Positions 33,037-42,019 of a DNA stretch of 45,808 nucleotides are shown here, one piece after another. The stretch spans positions 1-45,808 of the forward strand of contig DYFX01000002.1 in the NCBI GenBank assembly GCA_020724945.1. Direction: 5' to 3'. How positions within the stretch are numbered: the first letter of the stretch is position 1; every line of letters begins with the position of its first letter. The notes beneath the pieces were generated by a model. It searched no databases, was not told where the DNA came from, and worked only from the letters and a program-made list of their open reading frames with translations. The translations under genes were made by a program, and so were the position numbers. Source of the DNA: Candidatus Paceibacter sp. (lineage in GTDB: Bacteria > Patescibacteriota > Patescibacteriia > SG8-24 > DYFX01).

Positions 33037-33747
33037 TTACCCGAGGTCTTTCCGCAACGACGCGAGCTTCTTCAGGAAATCGAGACCGTTCGCGACGAGG
33101 CGCACCTTGCTGGCGCGTCCCGGCGCCGAGGCGTCCGTCCAGCGCACGGGCAGCTCCTCGACGCTCCGTCCGCCGCGGACGAGCCGCGCGAGGAACTCGG
33201 TGTCGAAGAAGAAGCCGTCGTCCTGCACCTGCGGCAGCACGGCGTCGCGCACGCTCCGCGAGAAGGCCTTGCAGCCGCACTGCAGGTCGCGGACGCGGAG
33301 GCCGAGAACGGCGCGCGCGGCGGCGGCGTAGGCGGCGGTGGCGAGGCGGCGGACGAGCGGCCGTTCGACGACGGCGCCCTCGATGCGGCGCGAGCCGACG
33401 GCCGCGTCCGCGCCCGCCGCGACGGCGGCGACGAGCGCTTCGGCCGAGTCGAAGTCGGCGGAGAGGTCCGCGTCCATCATCAGGTAGATGTCCGCCTCGA
33501 CGGCGGCCGCGCCGCGCTTCACGGCGCCGCCTTTGCCGGCCGCGTCGGAAACGACGGCGCGCGTATCCGGCAGGAGGCGCTCCATCAGGCGCGCGACCCA
33601 GGCCGTACTGTCCTTCGATCCGTTCTCGGAGAGGACGAGCGTGAAGCCGTCGCCGTAGGTCTCCCGTCCCCACCACGAAACCCGCTTCGCGTTCCGTTCG
33701 AGGATCGCGGCTTCGTCGTGGGCGGGAATGACGGCGGCGACGCGCAT
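33037..33747 (-). CDS. Glycosyltransferase family 2
   Basis: VIPAHDEAAILE, SENGSKDSTA and MMDADLS (DxD) motifs. Confidence 0.85.
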   Translation of the reverse strand: MRVAAVIPAHDEAAILERNAKRVSWWGRETYGDGFTLVLSENGSKDSTAWVARLMERLLPDTRAVVSDAAGKGGAVKRGAAAVEADIYLMMDADLSADFDSAEALVAAVAAGADAAVGSRRIEGAVVERPLVRRLATAAYAAAARAVLGLRVRDLQCGCKAFSRSVRDAVLPQVQDDGFFFDTEFLARLVRGGRSVEELPVRWTDASAPGRASKVRLVANGLDFLKKLASLRKDLG

Positions 33748-33751
33748 GCGG

Positions 33752-34891
33752 TCAGGCGAACTTCGTCATGGCTTCCGCGCGGAGCTCGGGAGCGTTCAGC
33801 AGGATCGTGCCGATGACGCGGCCGTCCAGGATCCGCTCCTCGACGATCTTCTTTCCGGGCTCGATGACGCGCGTCGCGGCCGTGGAGCCCCGGATGTTGC
33901 GGCACTCCCCGAGGAAGATGAGGCTCGCGCCGGCGATGACATTCGTCGTGTATTGCGTGAGTTGGAGGTAGGGCCCCTCCTCGCCGAGCAGCGCCTTGCC
34001 GACATGCCGGCCCTGCGCCATCGCGTTGGTCCAGTTGCCGACGACATGGCGCAGGCCGCCGAGGCGAAGATCCTCGAACTCCGCGCAGTCGCCCGCGACC
34101 CAGACGCCCGCGTGTTTCGCCTTGAGCGCGGCGTCGGCCAGGAGGCCTTGATCGCCGCGGAGATCGCCGAACGGCGCCGTCGGCACCTCGACGCCGATGC
34201 CGAGACCGACGAGATCGCAGGCGATATCCGCGCCGTCGGACAGGCGGACGCCGAGCGCGGCGCGAGCGGCCACCCGGACATTGTTGCGGACTTCGACGCC
34301 GGCGGCCTCGAGCGAGGCCTGGACGGCGGCGGACATCTCCTCGCCGAACATCGAGGTCCAGAACCGCGGACCGCGGTTCAGGATGACGGCATGCGCGCCC
34401 TTGGCGACGGCGATGGCCGCGAACTCGAGGCCGATGAAGCCGGAACCCACGATGGCGAGCCGGGAGTCCGGACGGACGGCGCGCGCGACGGCCTCGGCGT
34501 CCTCATAGGTCTGCAGGCGCAGGATGCCGGCGGCGTCAGGCATGTCCCAAACCCTCGGCTTCGCGCCGACGGCGATGACGAGCTTGCGGTACGGGAGTTC
34601 CTCGCCGTCGGACAGCGTGACGATGCGGCGGCCGTAATCGACGCGCGTGACGACGCGCCCGAAGAGCGTCTCGATGGCCTTCTCGCCGTAGAAGCCCTCC
34701 TTCTTGAGGAAGACCTTTTCCGGATCGCTCTTGCCCTTCACCGCGTGCGGCAGGAGGACGCGCGAATACAGCGGGTGCGGCTCATCGGAGACGATGACGA
34801 CTTCGCCCGCTCCCCCGCCCGCGCGATAGGTCTCGGCCGCGGTGGTGCCGGCCACGCCGCCGCCGATGATGAGGACTTCGATTTCGCGCAT
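33752..34891 (-). CDS. FAD-dependent pyridine-nucleotide-disulfide oxidoreductase (ferredoxin-reductase-like)
   Basis: VLIIGGGVAGTTAAE (FAD GxGxxG) and LAIVGSGFIGLEFA (NAD GxGxxG). Confidence 0.85.
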   Translation of the reverse strand: MREIEVLIIGGGVAGTTAAETYRAGGGAGEVVIVSDEPHPLYSRVLLPHAVKGKSDPEKVFLKKEGFYGEKAIETLFGRVVTRVDYGRRIVTLSDGEELPYRKLVIAVGAKPRVWDMPDAAGILRLQTYEDAEAVARAVRPDSRLAIVGSGFIGLEFAAIAVAKGAHAVILNRGPRFWTSMFGEEMSAAVQASLEAAGVEVRNNVRVAARAALGVRLSDGADIACDLVGLGIGVEVPTAPFGDLRGDQGLLADAALKAKHAGVWVAGDCAEFEDLRLGGLRHVVGNWTNAMAQGRHVGKALLGEEGPYLQLTQYTTNVIAGASLIFLGECRNIRGSTAATRVIEPGKKIVEERILDGRVIGTILLNAPELRAEAMTKFA

Positions 34892-34909
34892 GGACGAAAG
34901 CGACCCGCG

Positions 34910-35149
34910 TTACGGGTAGACCTGTTTCCCTTCTTCGTCGTAGAGGAAGATGGCTTTGGTGGGGCAGGATTCGGCGGCCATCACGATGGTCTCGGCGTCA
35001 TGGCCTTCGATGTCGACCAGATAGGCCTTGTTCTCCTCGTCCATCTGGAAGGTGTTCGGCGCGATGACGACGCACGAAGCCGCCCCGATGCAGAGGTCGC
35101 GGTCGACGACGATCTTCGTGATCTTGAGCGGTTTCTTCTCGTCGGACAT
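34910..35149 (-). CDS. Ferredoxin (single-cluster Fe-S type)
   Basis: 79 aa. VDRDLCIGAASCVVIAP...ESCPTKAI. Confidence 0.85.
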   Translation of the reverse strand: MSDEKKPLKITKIVVDRDLCIGAASCVVIAPNTFQMDEENKAYLVDIEGHDAETIVMAAESCPTKAIFLYDEEGKQVYP

Positions 35150-35206
35150 ATCGCGGACATCATAAGGAAACGGCCCGTTTTTTTCAAGGGAAAAGAAAAA
35201 CCCCGG

Positions 35207-35464
35207 CTAGCGGGGAACGCAGAAGAGGCCGAAGACGAGGGCGCCGAGCAGGACGAGGACGATGATGGGGATGGCCGCCGCGTCGAGCAGGCTCACGAGG
35301 AAGGATGCGACGAGAAGCGAGAAGTCGCCGATGGCGCGAAGGGATCGCCTGAACGGCCGAGGGCGCCGTTCTTCCCCGACGACTTTCGCGACCGGGATGG
35401 ACGGACGCGTGACGGTATCGGATCGTCCGTCCGATGGGTTCTCCTGCCGGTCGTGGATGCGCAT
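35207..35464 (-). CDS. Small hypothetical protein with C-terminal TM
   Basis: Track ORF trimmed to MRIHDRQ (ATG at 35464, GGAGG upstream). Hydrophobic C-terminus. Confidence 0.45.
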   Translation of the reverse strand: MRIHDRQENPSDGRSDTVTRPSIPVAKVVGEERRPRPFRRSLRAIGDFSLLVASFLVSLLDAAAIPIIVLVLLGALVFGLFCVPR

Positions 35465-35525
35465 GTCGACCTCCTGTCGGGACAGGCTAGACGAAAAAGA
35501 GCCTCCAGTCAAGGCTCTTTCGTTC

Positions 35526-36755
35526 CTAGCGGTAGCGCAGCGCCTCGACGGGCCGTTTCCGCGCGGCTTCGCGGGCGGGAAGGATGCCGGCCAGGACGCC
35601 GACGGCCATGGTGAAGCCCAGGACGAAGACGATGGTGGCGAGGTCGACGGAAGCCGAGAAGAACCCGAAGCCTTGCGCGCGGGCGATGGCGGCCACGAGG
35701 AGCGCCAGCCCCGCGCCGCCCAGCGTGCCGAGCAGGCCCCCGAGGCCGCCGAGCAGCATCGATTCGAGGACGAAGACGGACATCACATGCCAGCCCTTCG
35801 CGCCCACGGACTTCATCACGCCGATCTCGCGCGTCCGCTCCAGCACCGAGGTATACATCGTGTTCATCACGCCGATGCCGGCCACGAGCACGGCCACCGA
35901 CGCGATCAGGAAGAGCGCCGACTGCACCGTCCCGACGACATTGCCGATGATCTGCTGCGAGGCGGCGGGCGTCAGGACGGCGTAGTCCTCGAGGTCGCGT
36001 TCGCGGGAGAAGGCCTCGTCGATGTCGCGCCCGACGACCTCGAGATCGCGGCCGTTCTCGACCTTCACGAGCATCCCGCTATAGTCGTCGCGGACGCCCG
36101 TCAGCCGCTCGAACAGGCCGAGCGTCATCAGGACCATGTTGTCGCGGGTGGAGTCGCCGAAGGGCGCCAGGATGCCCGTGACCGTGACGCGCGAACCGCG
36201 GAAATCGATGGTGTCTCCGACGCGGACCGGCTCGCGGAATCCCTTCTCGGCGATGGTGGCGCCGAGCACGAGTTCGCGCGCGTCGTCGTCGGCCATCCAT
36301 CGGCCCTCGGCCAGCTCGATGCCGAGCGATTCGACCAGGAACAGCTGGATGAGGTCGCGCCCGCGCGCCTCGATCGAGACGGTCTTCTCGTCGCCGCGGA
36401 AGTTCGCGGGAATCAGGTAGGAGCTGACGATCGGCATGACCGCGAGGACGCCGGGCACGTCCCGGACCGCCTCGGCGTTCTCTTCGGTGAACTTGCCGCC
36501 GCTCGTGGCCTGCGCGAACGGGTTCGAGGCGTCGTAGGGCAAGGTGAAGATGAGGTCGGTGCCGAACTGCTGGAGCTGGCCGAGGATGGATTTCTGCAGG
36601 CCGTTGCCCAGGAAGACGAGCGTCAGCACGATCGAGATGCCGAGCACGATGCCGACGACGGTCAGGCCGGCGCGCAGGCGCCGGTGCAGCAGCGAATGGG
36701 TCACCAGGCGGAAATGGCCGGCGACGAGGCGCGCGAAACTGAAGCGGTCATTCAT
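35526..36755 (-). CDS. ABC transporter permease, FtsX/MacB-like
   Basis: Track ORF trimmed to MNDRFSFARL. N-terminal TM, a large extracytoplasmic domain and C-terminal FtsX helices (MNTMYTSVLERTREIGVMKSVGA). Confidence 0.85.
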   Translation of the reverse strand: MNDRFSFARLVAGHFRLVTHSLLHRRLRAGLTVVGIVLGISIVLTLVFLGNGLQKSILGQLQQFGTDLIFTLPYDASNPFAQATSGGKFTEENAEAVRDVPGVLAVMPIVSSYLIPANFRGDEKTVSIEARGRDLIQLFLVESLGIELAEGRWMADDDARELVLGATIAEKGFREPVRVGDTIDFRGSRVTVTGILAPFGDSTRDNMVLMTLGLFERLTGVRDDYSGMLVKVENGRDLEVVGRDIDEAFSRERDLEDYAVLTPAASQQIIGNVVGTVQSALFLIASVAVLVAGIGVMNTMYTSVLERTREIGVMKSVGAKGWHVMSVFVLESMLLGGLGGLLGTLGGAGLALLVAAIARAQGFGFFSASVDLATIVFVLGFTMAVGVLAGILPAREAARKRPVEALRYR

Positions 36756-37950
36756 AGCGGAGGGCTTCGGTGGGGTGCAGGCGGGAGGCGCGGACGGCCG
36801 GGATGGCACCGAAGACCGAGCCGATGACGAAGGTGAAGAAGAGCGTGCCGAGCACCACGACCGGATCGAAGTCGATCTGCAGGATGGCGAGATCGCGGCT
36901 GGCGGCGGCGAACTCGATGACCTTGGCGAAGCCGTACGAGATCAGGATGCCGAGCGCGCCGCCGATGGCGCCGAGCAGTCCGGCTTCCGAAAGGAAGAGG
37001 TACAGGATGCTGCGGTCCGTCGCGCCGAGCGCTTTCATGATGCCGACCTCCCGCGTCCGTTCGAGCACGGAGGTGAACATGGTGTTCATGATGCCGACGC
37101 CGCCGACGATGAGCGCCACCGCCGCGAAGGCGCCGAGCACGAGCTTCACGACGCCGAGGACGCCGCCGACGATCTCGAGCGCGCTGTCGGAGGTGAAGAC
37201 GGTGAAATCCCCGGAGCCGCGCCGCCGTTCGAGCTCGTACTGGAGGTCTTCCGCCACGCGCTTCACGTCGAGCCCGGATTCCACCTGGGCGACCGCCATC
37301 ATCACGGTGCCGCGCTCGCCGGTGATGGCGCGGAAGCGGTCGATCGAGATGTACGCCCGCGCGTCGTCGTCGGGGTTGCCGAGGGACTTCAGGACGCCCG
37401 CGACCGTGAAGCGCTTGCCGGAGACGACGAGCTCCTCCCCGACCTGGATGGGGCGCGAGAAGCGGTCGCTGGCGGCCAGCTTGCCGAGCACGAGCAGGTC
37501 CTGCTCGTCGCGGGTCGGCCACGCCCCGGACTCGATCTGGAAGCCCTGGGACACCTCGAAGATGGCGCGGGTCTCCTCCCAGGGGCTCGCGCTGAAATTC
37601 ATCACTTCCGTCTCGCCGGCGTATTCGACGCGGAAATTCTTGATCTGCATGCCCATGGCGAGTTCCACGCCACGCGTCTCGCGGATGCGGCGCAGGTCCT
37701 CGTCCTTCAGGTCGCCGCTCGTGCCGCGCAGGAACCCGGAGAGCGGGTCGTCCGCCTTGCCCGGCATGACGAAGACGAGATCGCCGCCGAACGCCTGGAG
37801 CTGGGAGGCGAGCGCGCGTTCCATGCCGTCGCCCAGCAGGACGAGCGTCAGGATGAGCGTCGAACCGATCACGATGCCGAGCACCGTGAGGAAGGTGCGG
37901 CGCTTCCGGAAGAGGAAGCTGCGGAGGATGATCTGCAGGTAGGCTCTCAT
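36748..37950 (-). CDS. ABC transporter permease, FtsX/MacB-like (second paralogue)
   Basis: 400 aa. MNTMFTSVLERTREVGIMKALGA. Overlaps the next gene by 8 nt. Confidence 0.85.
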   Translation of the reverse strand: MRAYLQIILRSFLFRKRRTFLTVLGIVIGSTLILTLVLLGDGMERALASQLQAFGGDLVFVMPGKADDPLSGFLRGTSGDLKDEDLRRIRETRGVELAMGMQIKNFRVEYAGETEVMNFSASPWEETRAIFEVSQGFQIESGAWPTRDEQDLLVLGKLAASDRFSRPIQVGEELVVSGKRFTVAGVLKSLGNPDDDARAYISIDRFRAITGERGTVMMAVAQVESGLDVKRVAEDLQYELERRRGSGDFTVFTSDSALEIVGGVLGVVKLVLGAFAAVALIVGGVGIMNTMFTSVLERTREVGIMKALGATDRSILYLFLSEAGLLGAIGGALGILISYGFAKVIEFAAASRDLAILQIDFDPVVVLGTLFFTFVIGSVFGAIPAVRASRLHPTEALRYE

Positions 37951-38795
37951 GCCGTGGGCCAGATCGCCTTCGAGGCGGCGCCGCCGTTGGAGACGAGGCG
38001 GCCGTCCTTCATCGTCAGGATGCGGCGCGTGTTGGCGGCGATCTGCGGGTCATGGGTGATGATGACGACGGTCTTCGACGAGGTGCGCCAAAGATCGGAC
38101 AGGAGATCGATGATCTTGCCGGACGTCTCGGAGTCGAGGCTGCCCGTCGGTTCGTCGGCCAAGATGAGGTCGGGGTCGTTGATGAACGCCCGCGCGATGG
38201 CGACGCGCTGCTGCTCGCCGCCCGAGAGCTCGGACGGCCGGTGCGTCATGCGCTTCCCGAGCCCGACGGACTCGAGCAGCTTCTCCGCGCGCTTCACGGC
38301 CGCCGCGTCCGCGGCGCCGCGGAGCGTCTTGGGCAACAGGACATTCTCGAGGGCGGAGAGCGACGGGACGAGATTGAACTGCTGGAAGACGAAGCCGATC
38401 TTGCCATTGCGAAGGTCGGCCAGGTCCGTCTCCGTCATGCGCATCACATCCTTGCCGGCGATGACGGCCTTGCCTTCCGTCGGGACATCGAGGGTGCCGA
38501 TGATGTTCATCGCGGTGCTCTTGCCGGAACCGGAGGCGCCGACGATGGCGATGAAGTCGCCGTGATGGATGCGCATCGACAGTCCGCGCAGCACGGGTAC
38601 CTTCACCTCGCCGAGATCGTAGGTCTTCACGACCTGCTCGAGGCGGATGAGAGGGTCCATCTCCGCGTAGCGCGCGGGATCGGACGCGAAATCGTCCTGG
38701 CAGCTCCGGCTGCAGAAGGCGTACCGGGCGCCGGCGTGTTCGGACGCGAAGCGCGCTTCGCCGTCGATGGCGATGCCGCAGACGGGGTCGTACAT
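37947..38795 (-). CDS. ABC transporter ATP-binding protein (MacB/LolD-like NBD) with an N-terminal YHS/TRASH-type Cys motif domain
   Basis: N-terminus YDPVCGIAIDGE...YAFCSRSCQDDFASDPARY, then Walker A GASGSGKST, signature LSGGEQQR and Walker B LILADEPT. Confidence 0.85.
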   Translation of the reverse strand: MYDPVCGIAIDGEARFASEHAGARYAFCSRSCQDDFASDPARYAEMDPLIRLEQVVKTYDLGEVKVPVLRGLSMRIHHGDFIAIVGASGSGKSTAMNIIGTLDVPTEGKAVIAGKDVMRMTETDLADLRNGKIGFVFQQFNLVPSLSALENVLLPKTLRGAADAAAVKRAEKLLESVGLGKRMTHRPSELSGGEQQRVAIARAFINDPDLILADEPTGSLDSETSGKIIDLLSDLWRTSSKTVVIITHDPQIAANTRRILTMKDGRLVSNGGAASKAIWPTA

Positions 38796-38797
38796 AC

Positions 38798-40465
38798 CTA
38801 TTGCACCAGGATCAGGTCGCTCTCGCGGATACCGGAGACGATCTCGTAGTCGTCGCGGCCCCGCAGGCCGACGACCACCTCGATCTCCTCGGGTTCCCCC
38901 CTGGCCGGGACGATCTTCACGAAGTCTCGGCCTTCGCGCCGGTAGACCTGGCGGCGCGGCACGAGCAGGACATCGTCCTTGCGGCCCACCTCGATATCGA
39001 GGTCGGCGGTCATGCCGATGCGGATGTCGGGCTCCTCGCCGTCGATGGCGATCGTCACCAGGTAGTAGATGTCCTGGTCGCGCGCGAGCTCCCGCGAGGC
39101 CGTGGCGGCCACGCGTCCCGTGAAGGTGCGGCCTTCGATGGCGTCGAAGGTGAAGCTGACGGGCTGGCCGACCTTGATGCCGGCGATATCCAGCTCGGAG
39201 ACTTCCGCTTCGATCTCCAATCCTGGCGAGATGAGCGTGCCGACAGGGGCGTTCGCGCTCGCGATCTCCCCGAGGCCGATATCGATGCTGCCCACGATGC
39301 CGTCGGCCGGCGCCGTGATGGTCGAGTCCGCGATCTGCTGGTCGATGAGCGAGACGGCGGCGCGCGCCGAGGCGATGCCGGCGAGATAGACCGCGCGGTC
39401 GACATCGCGCAGCGGGGCGGCGCGCGAGGCGAGCGAGCGCTCGGCGCTCTCGAGCGCGCCTTCGGCGGACTGGACGGCCTGCGCCGCGGCGTTCAGCGAG
39501 GTCGTGACGGACGCGGCCGTCGAGGCGACCAGGAGCTTCTGCGATTCGGCGGCGTTCACGGCGGCGTTCAGGTCGATCCAGACGGAACGCACGCTCGTCT
39601 TGCGGGCGTCGAAGGTCGCCGTGCTCGTGCCGCCGACCGGCGACGAGGTCTGCATCATGGCGTTGGCGAGCTGCGCGGCGTCGCGGATGGTCTTGGCGTC
39701 GGCGATGAGGGCGGCGGAGCGCGAATCGCGGTCGGCGTCGGAGGCGGAGGCGCGGTACATGGCGATGCTCATCTCCATCGAAGTCAAGGCCGAGCGCGCC
39801 GCCGTGAAGGCCGCGAGCGCCTGGGTCATCGTGCCGAAGTCGGAAGCGGAGATGTCGGAGCGCAGGTTTCCGGCGGCGTCGAAGACATCGTTCGTGAGCG
39901 TCTGCATCGCCGAAGCGGACTTCAGGAAGAGCGTCTCCATCTGGCCGCCGAGGTCGGCGTAGGCCTTCGCCAGCGACGCCGCGTTCGAGGCGCGCACATC
40001 CTCGAGCGAGAGCCGCGCTGTCGCGAGCGCCGTCTCGGCGTTGCGCACGGCCGCTTCGAGCACGCGGAGCTCCTCGTCGGTCGCGCCGGCCGCCGCCTGC
40101 GCGTAGCGCGCTTCGGCCGAGGCGAGCGCGGCCAAGGCCTCGCGGCGCTGGATGGCGAGATCCGAGACATTCAGGCTCATGAGCGCCTGGCCCTCCTTCA
40201 CTTCATCCCCCTCCTCGACCTGGATCCGCGCGACGCGGCCGGAACGCTTGAAGGAAAGCGTGAGGTCCGTGACGGCGACGACCTTGCCCGTTTCCGAGAC
40301 GGTCTGGACGACCTCGCCCCGGCGAGGCGAGACGGTCTCGTAGTCGGGCGTCTTCGAGGCCTCGTAGGCGCGGACGCCGAACACGACGGCGACGGCGGCG
40401 AGCGCGATGCCGCCGTAGATGAGACGCTTGCGGTTCCGATTCGGTACCGAATCCTGCTGGTTCAT
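38798..40465 (-). CDS. HlyD-family periplasmic adaptor with very long coiled-coil hairpin
   Basis: 555 aa. N-terminal TM, lipoyl-like GRVARIQVEEGDEVKEGQAL and an Ala-rich helical region of about 300 aa. Confidence 0.8.
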   Translation of the reverse strand: MNQQDSVPNRNRKRLIYGGIALAAVAVVFGVRAYEASKTPDYETVSPRRGEVVQTVSETGKVVAVTDLTLSFKRSGRVARIQVEEGDEVKEGQALMSLNVSDLAIQRREALAALASAEARYAQAAAGATDEELRVLEAAVRNAETALATARLSLEDVRASNAASLAKAYADLGGQMETLFLKSASAMQTLTNDVFDAAGNLRSDISASDFGTMTQALAAFTAARSALTSMEMSIAMYRASASDADRDSRSAALIADAKTIRDAAQLANAMMQTSSPVGGTSTATFDARKTSVRSVWIDLNAAVNAAESQKLLVASTAASVTTSLNAAAQAVQSAEGALESAERSLASRAAPLRDVDRAVYLAGIASARAAVSLIDQQIADSTITAPADGIVGSIDIGLGEIASANAPVGTLISPGLEIEAEVSELDIAGIKVGQPVSFTFDAIEGRTFTGRVAATASRELARDQDIYYLVTIAIDGEEPDIRIGMTADLDIEVGRKDDVLLVPRRQVYRREGRDFVKIVPARGEPEEIEVVVGLRGRDDYEIVSGIRESDLILVQ

Positions 40466-40486
40466 ATGCGGTTCAGGGTTTCGTCA

Positions 40487-41158
40487 TCAGGCGTCCGGCG
40501 CGGAGCCGGGCCGGCGGAGCCCGTGCTTGGGAATGAGGATACGCCTCCCCTCCTTCAGTTCATAGGGGGGTTTGAGCCGATTGGCGCGGACGATGTCCTG
40601 CCAAGAGACATCGAAGCGGCTGGCGAGCGTCACGACCGTGTCGTCGAACTCGACGACATACGGCGTCATGTTGGACGGCACGCGCGTCTTGAGGAACTTC
40701 GGCAAACGCATCAATCCGAGCGTGAGCACGGCGACGAACGCGGCGATGCCCGCGAAGGCGGCCGCCTCGACGAACGGGAAGATCCAGAAGGAACGGCTCT
40801 CGACGAGCGACGCGTGCCGGCCGTCGTTGAGCACGAGAAGGACGCGGGCCTGCCCCACGAGCGGCGCGTCGCCCCAACGCACGCTCGCCGTCGCCTGCCC
40901 GCGCGCCGGGACGACGATGTCGCCGACGGGGATCGTGACCGGCAAGGAAGCGTCGTAGACATTGATGACGACCAGGCGGCCGCGCGTCGTGACCGGCGCG
41001 TCGCCGGCGTTGGCCAGGTCGAACTCGAAGACGCGATCCACGCCTTCGCCATGATGGCGGACGGCGGCGACGGAAATCGGGGTCGGTTCCTGCGCGCCGA
41101 CGGCGGGCGCCAGACCGGCGAGAATCGCGAACAGGGCGAGGACGCGGATGATGCGCAT
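40487..41158 (-). CDS. Secreted/membrane protein with C-terminal LysM domain
   Basis: Track ORF trimmed to MRIIRVLALFAILAGLAPAVGA. C-terminus YVVEFDDTVVTLASRFDVSWQDIVRANRL fits the LysM pattern. Confidence 0.7.
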   Translation of the reverse strand: MRIIRVLALFAILAGLAPAVGAQEPTPISVAAVRHHGEGVDRVFEFDLANAGDAPVTTRGRLVVINVYDASLPVTIPVGDIVVPARGQATASVRWGDAPLVGQARVLLVLNDGRHASLVESRSFWIFPFVEAAAFAGIAAFVAVLTLGLMRLPKFLKTRVPSNMTPYVVEFDDTVVTLASRFDVSWQDIVRANRLKPPYELKEGRRILIPKHGLRRPGSAPDA

Positions 41159-41246
41159 ACGCTCCGAGTGTAGCGCATTTCGGGGGGTGGCGGAATGGTG
41201 CGCCCCCATGCTATACCTCGTGCGGGATCAGCTCCGGAGGATGCCC

Positions 41247-41990
41247 ATGAAGTTCCTTTCCAGCGTTCTCGTCCTCATCGCCCTCTTCGTTTCGACGGTC
41301 TCCGACGCCGATGCCGGCAAGCGCAAGCGGCGGAAGGGATCCTCGGTCCCCGCCGAACTGCGCGGCGGCGAATCGGCGCAAAAGCGCCACAACCGCGCGG
41401 CGAACGCCGAGAACCTCACGCGCCTCGACGACCGCGATGATCTGAAGCGCTTCATCGCGCAGGGACACCTCGTGCCGATCGCCGACGCGACGGCCTACTA
41501 CCTGGACGCCGTGGGCGGCCACGACCCCGGCCACGAGGACCTCTACCGCCACGCGCGGCCCTGGACCAAACGGTTCCTGGACAAGGAGCTCGCCGACGGC
41601 CATGCGAAGTTCGGCCATCGGTTCAAGGTCACCTCGCTCGTGCGGACGAAGGTCTATCAAGGCCGCATCTGCCGCGCCCGCAACCGCGCCGCCATCTGCG
41701 GCGGCTCCTGGTGGGAGCAGTCGCTCCACCTGACGGGCGCCACGGTCGATGTCTCGAAGGAAGGCATGTCGGCCAAGACCCTCGCCTGGATGCGCAAGCG
41801 CCTCATCAGCCTCCAGCGGCAAGGCCTCGTGGCCGCCATCGAGGAGCGCGGCGCGTTCCATGTCTTCGTCCGCAAGGCGTATGGCGCCGCGGGGAAGAAG
41901 GCGAAGGCTTCCAAGAAGGCCAAGCCGAAAAAGAAGCCGCGAAAGCCGAAAACGAAAGCCTCGCGGCGGAAGCGGACACGGACCCGGTAA
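41247..41990 (+). CDS. Peptidase M15-like (DD/LD-carboxypeptidase fold) secreted protein with basic tail
   Basis: ATG at 41247 with GGAGG 6 nt upstream. Signal peptide present. SLHLTGATVDV matches the S-x-H-x-x-G-x-A-x-D motif. Lys-rich C-terminus. Confidence 0.6.
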   Translation: MKFLSSVLVLIALFVSTVSDADAGKRKRRKGSSVPAELRGGESAQKRHNRAANAENLTRLDDRDDLKRFIAQGHLVPIADATAYYLDAVGGHDPGHEDLYRHARPWTKRFLDKELADGHAKFGHRFKVTSLVRTKVYQGRICRARNRAAICGGSWWEQSLHLTGATVDVSKEGMSAKTLAWMRKRLISLQRQGLVAAIEERGAFHVFVRKAYGAAGKKAKASKKAKPKKKPRKPKTKASRRKRTRTR

Positions 41991-42019
41991 GGGTCCTTTT
42001 TCTTTGGTATACTGTCGCC

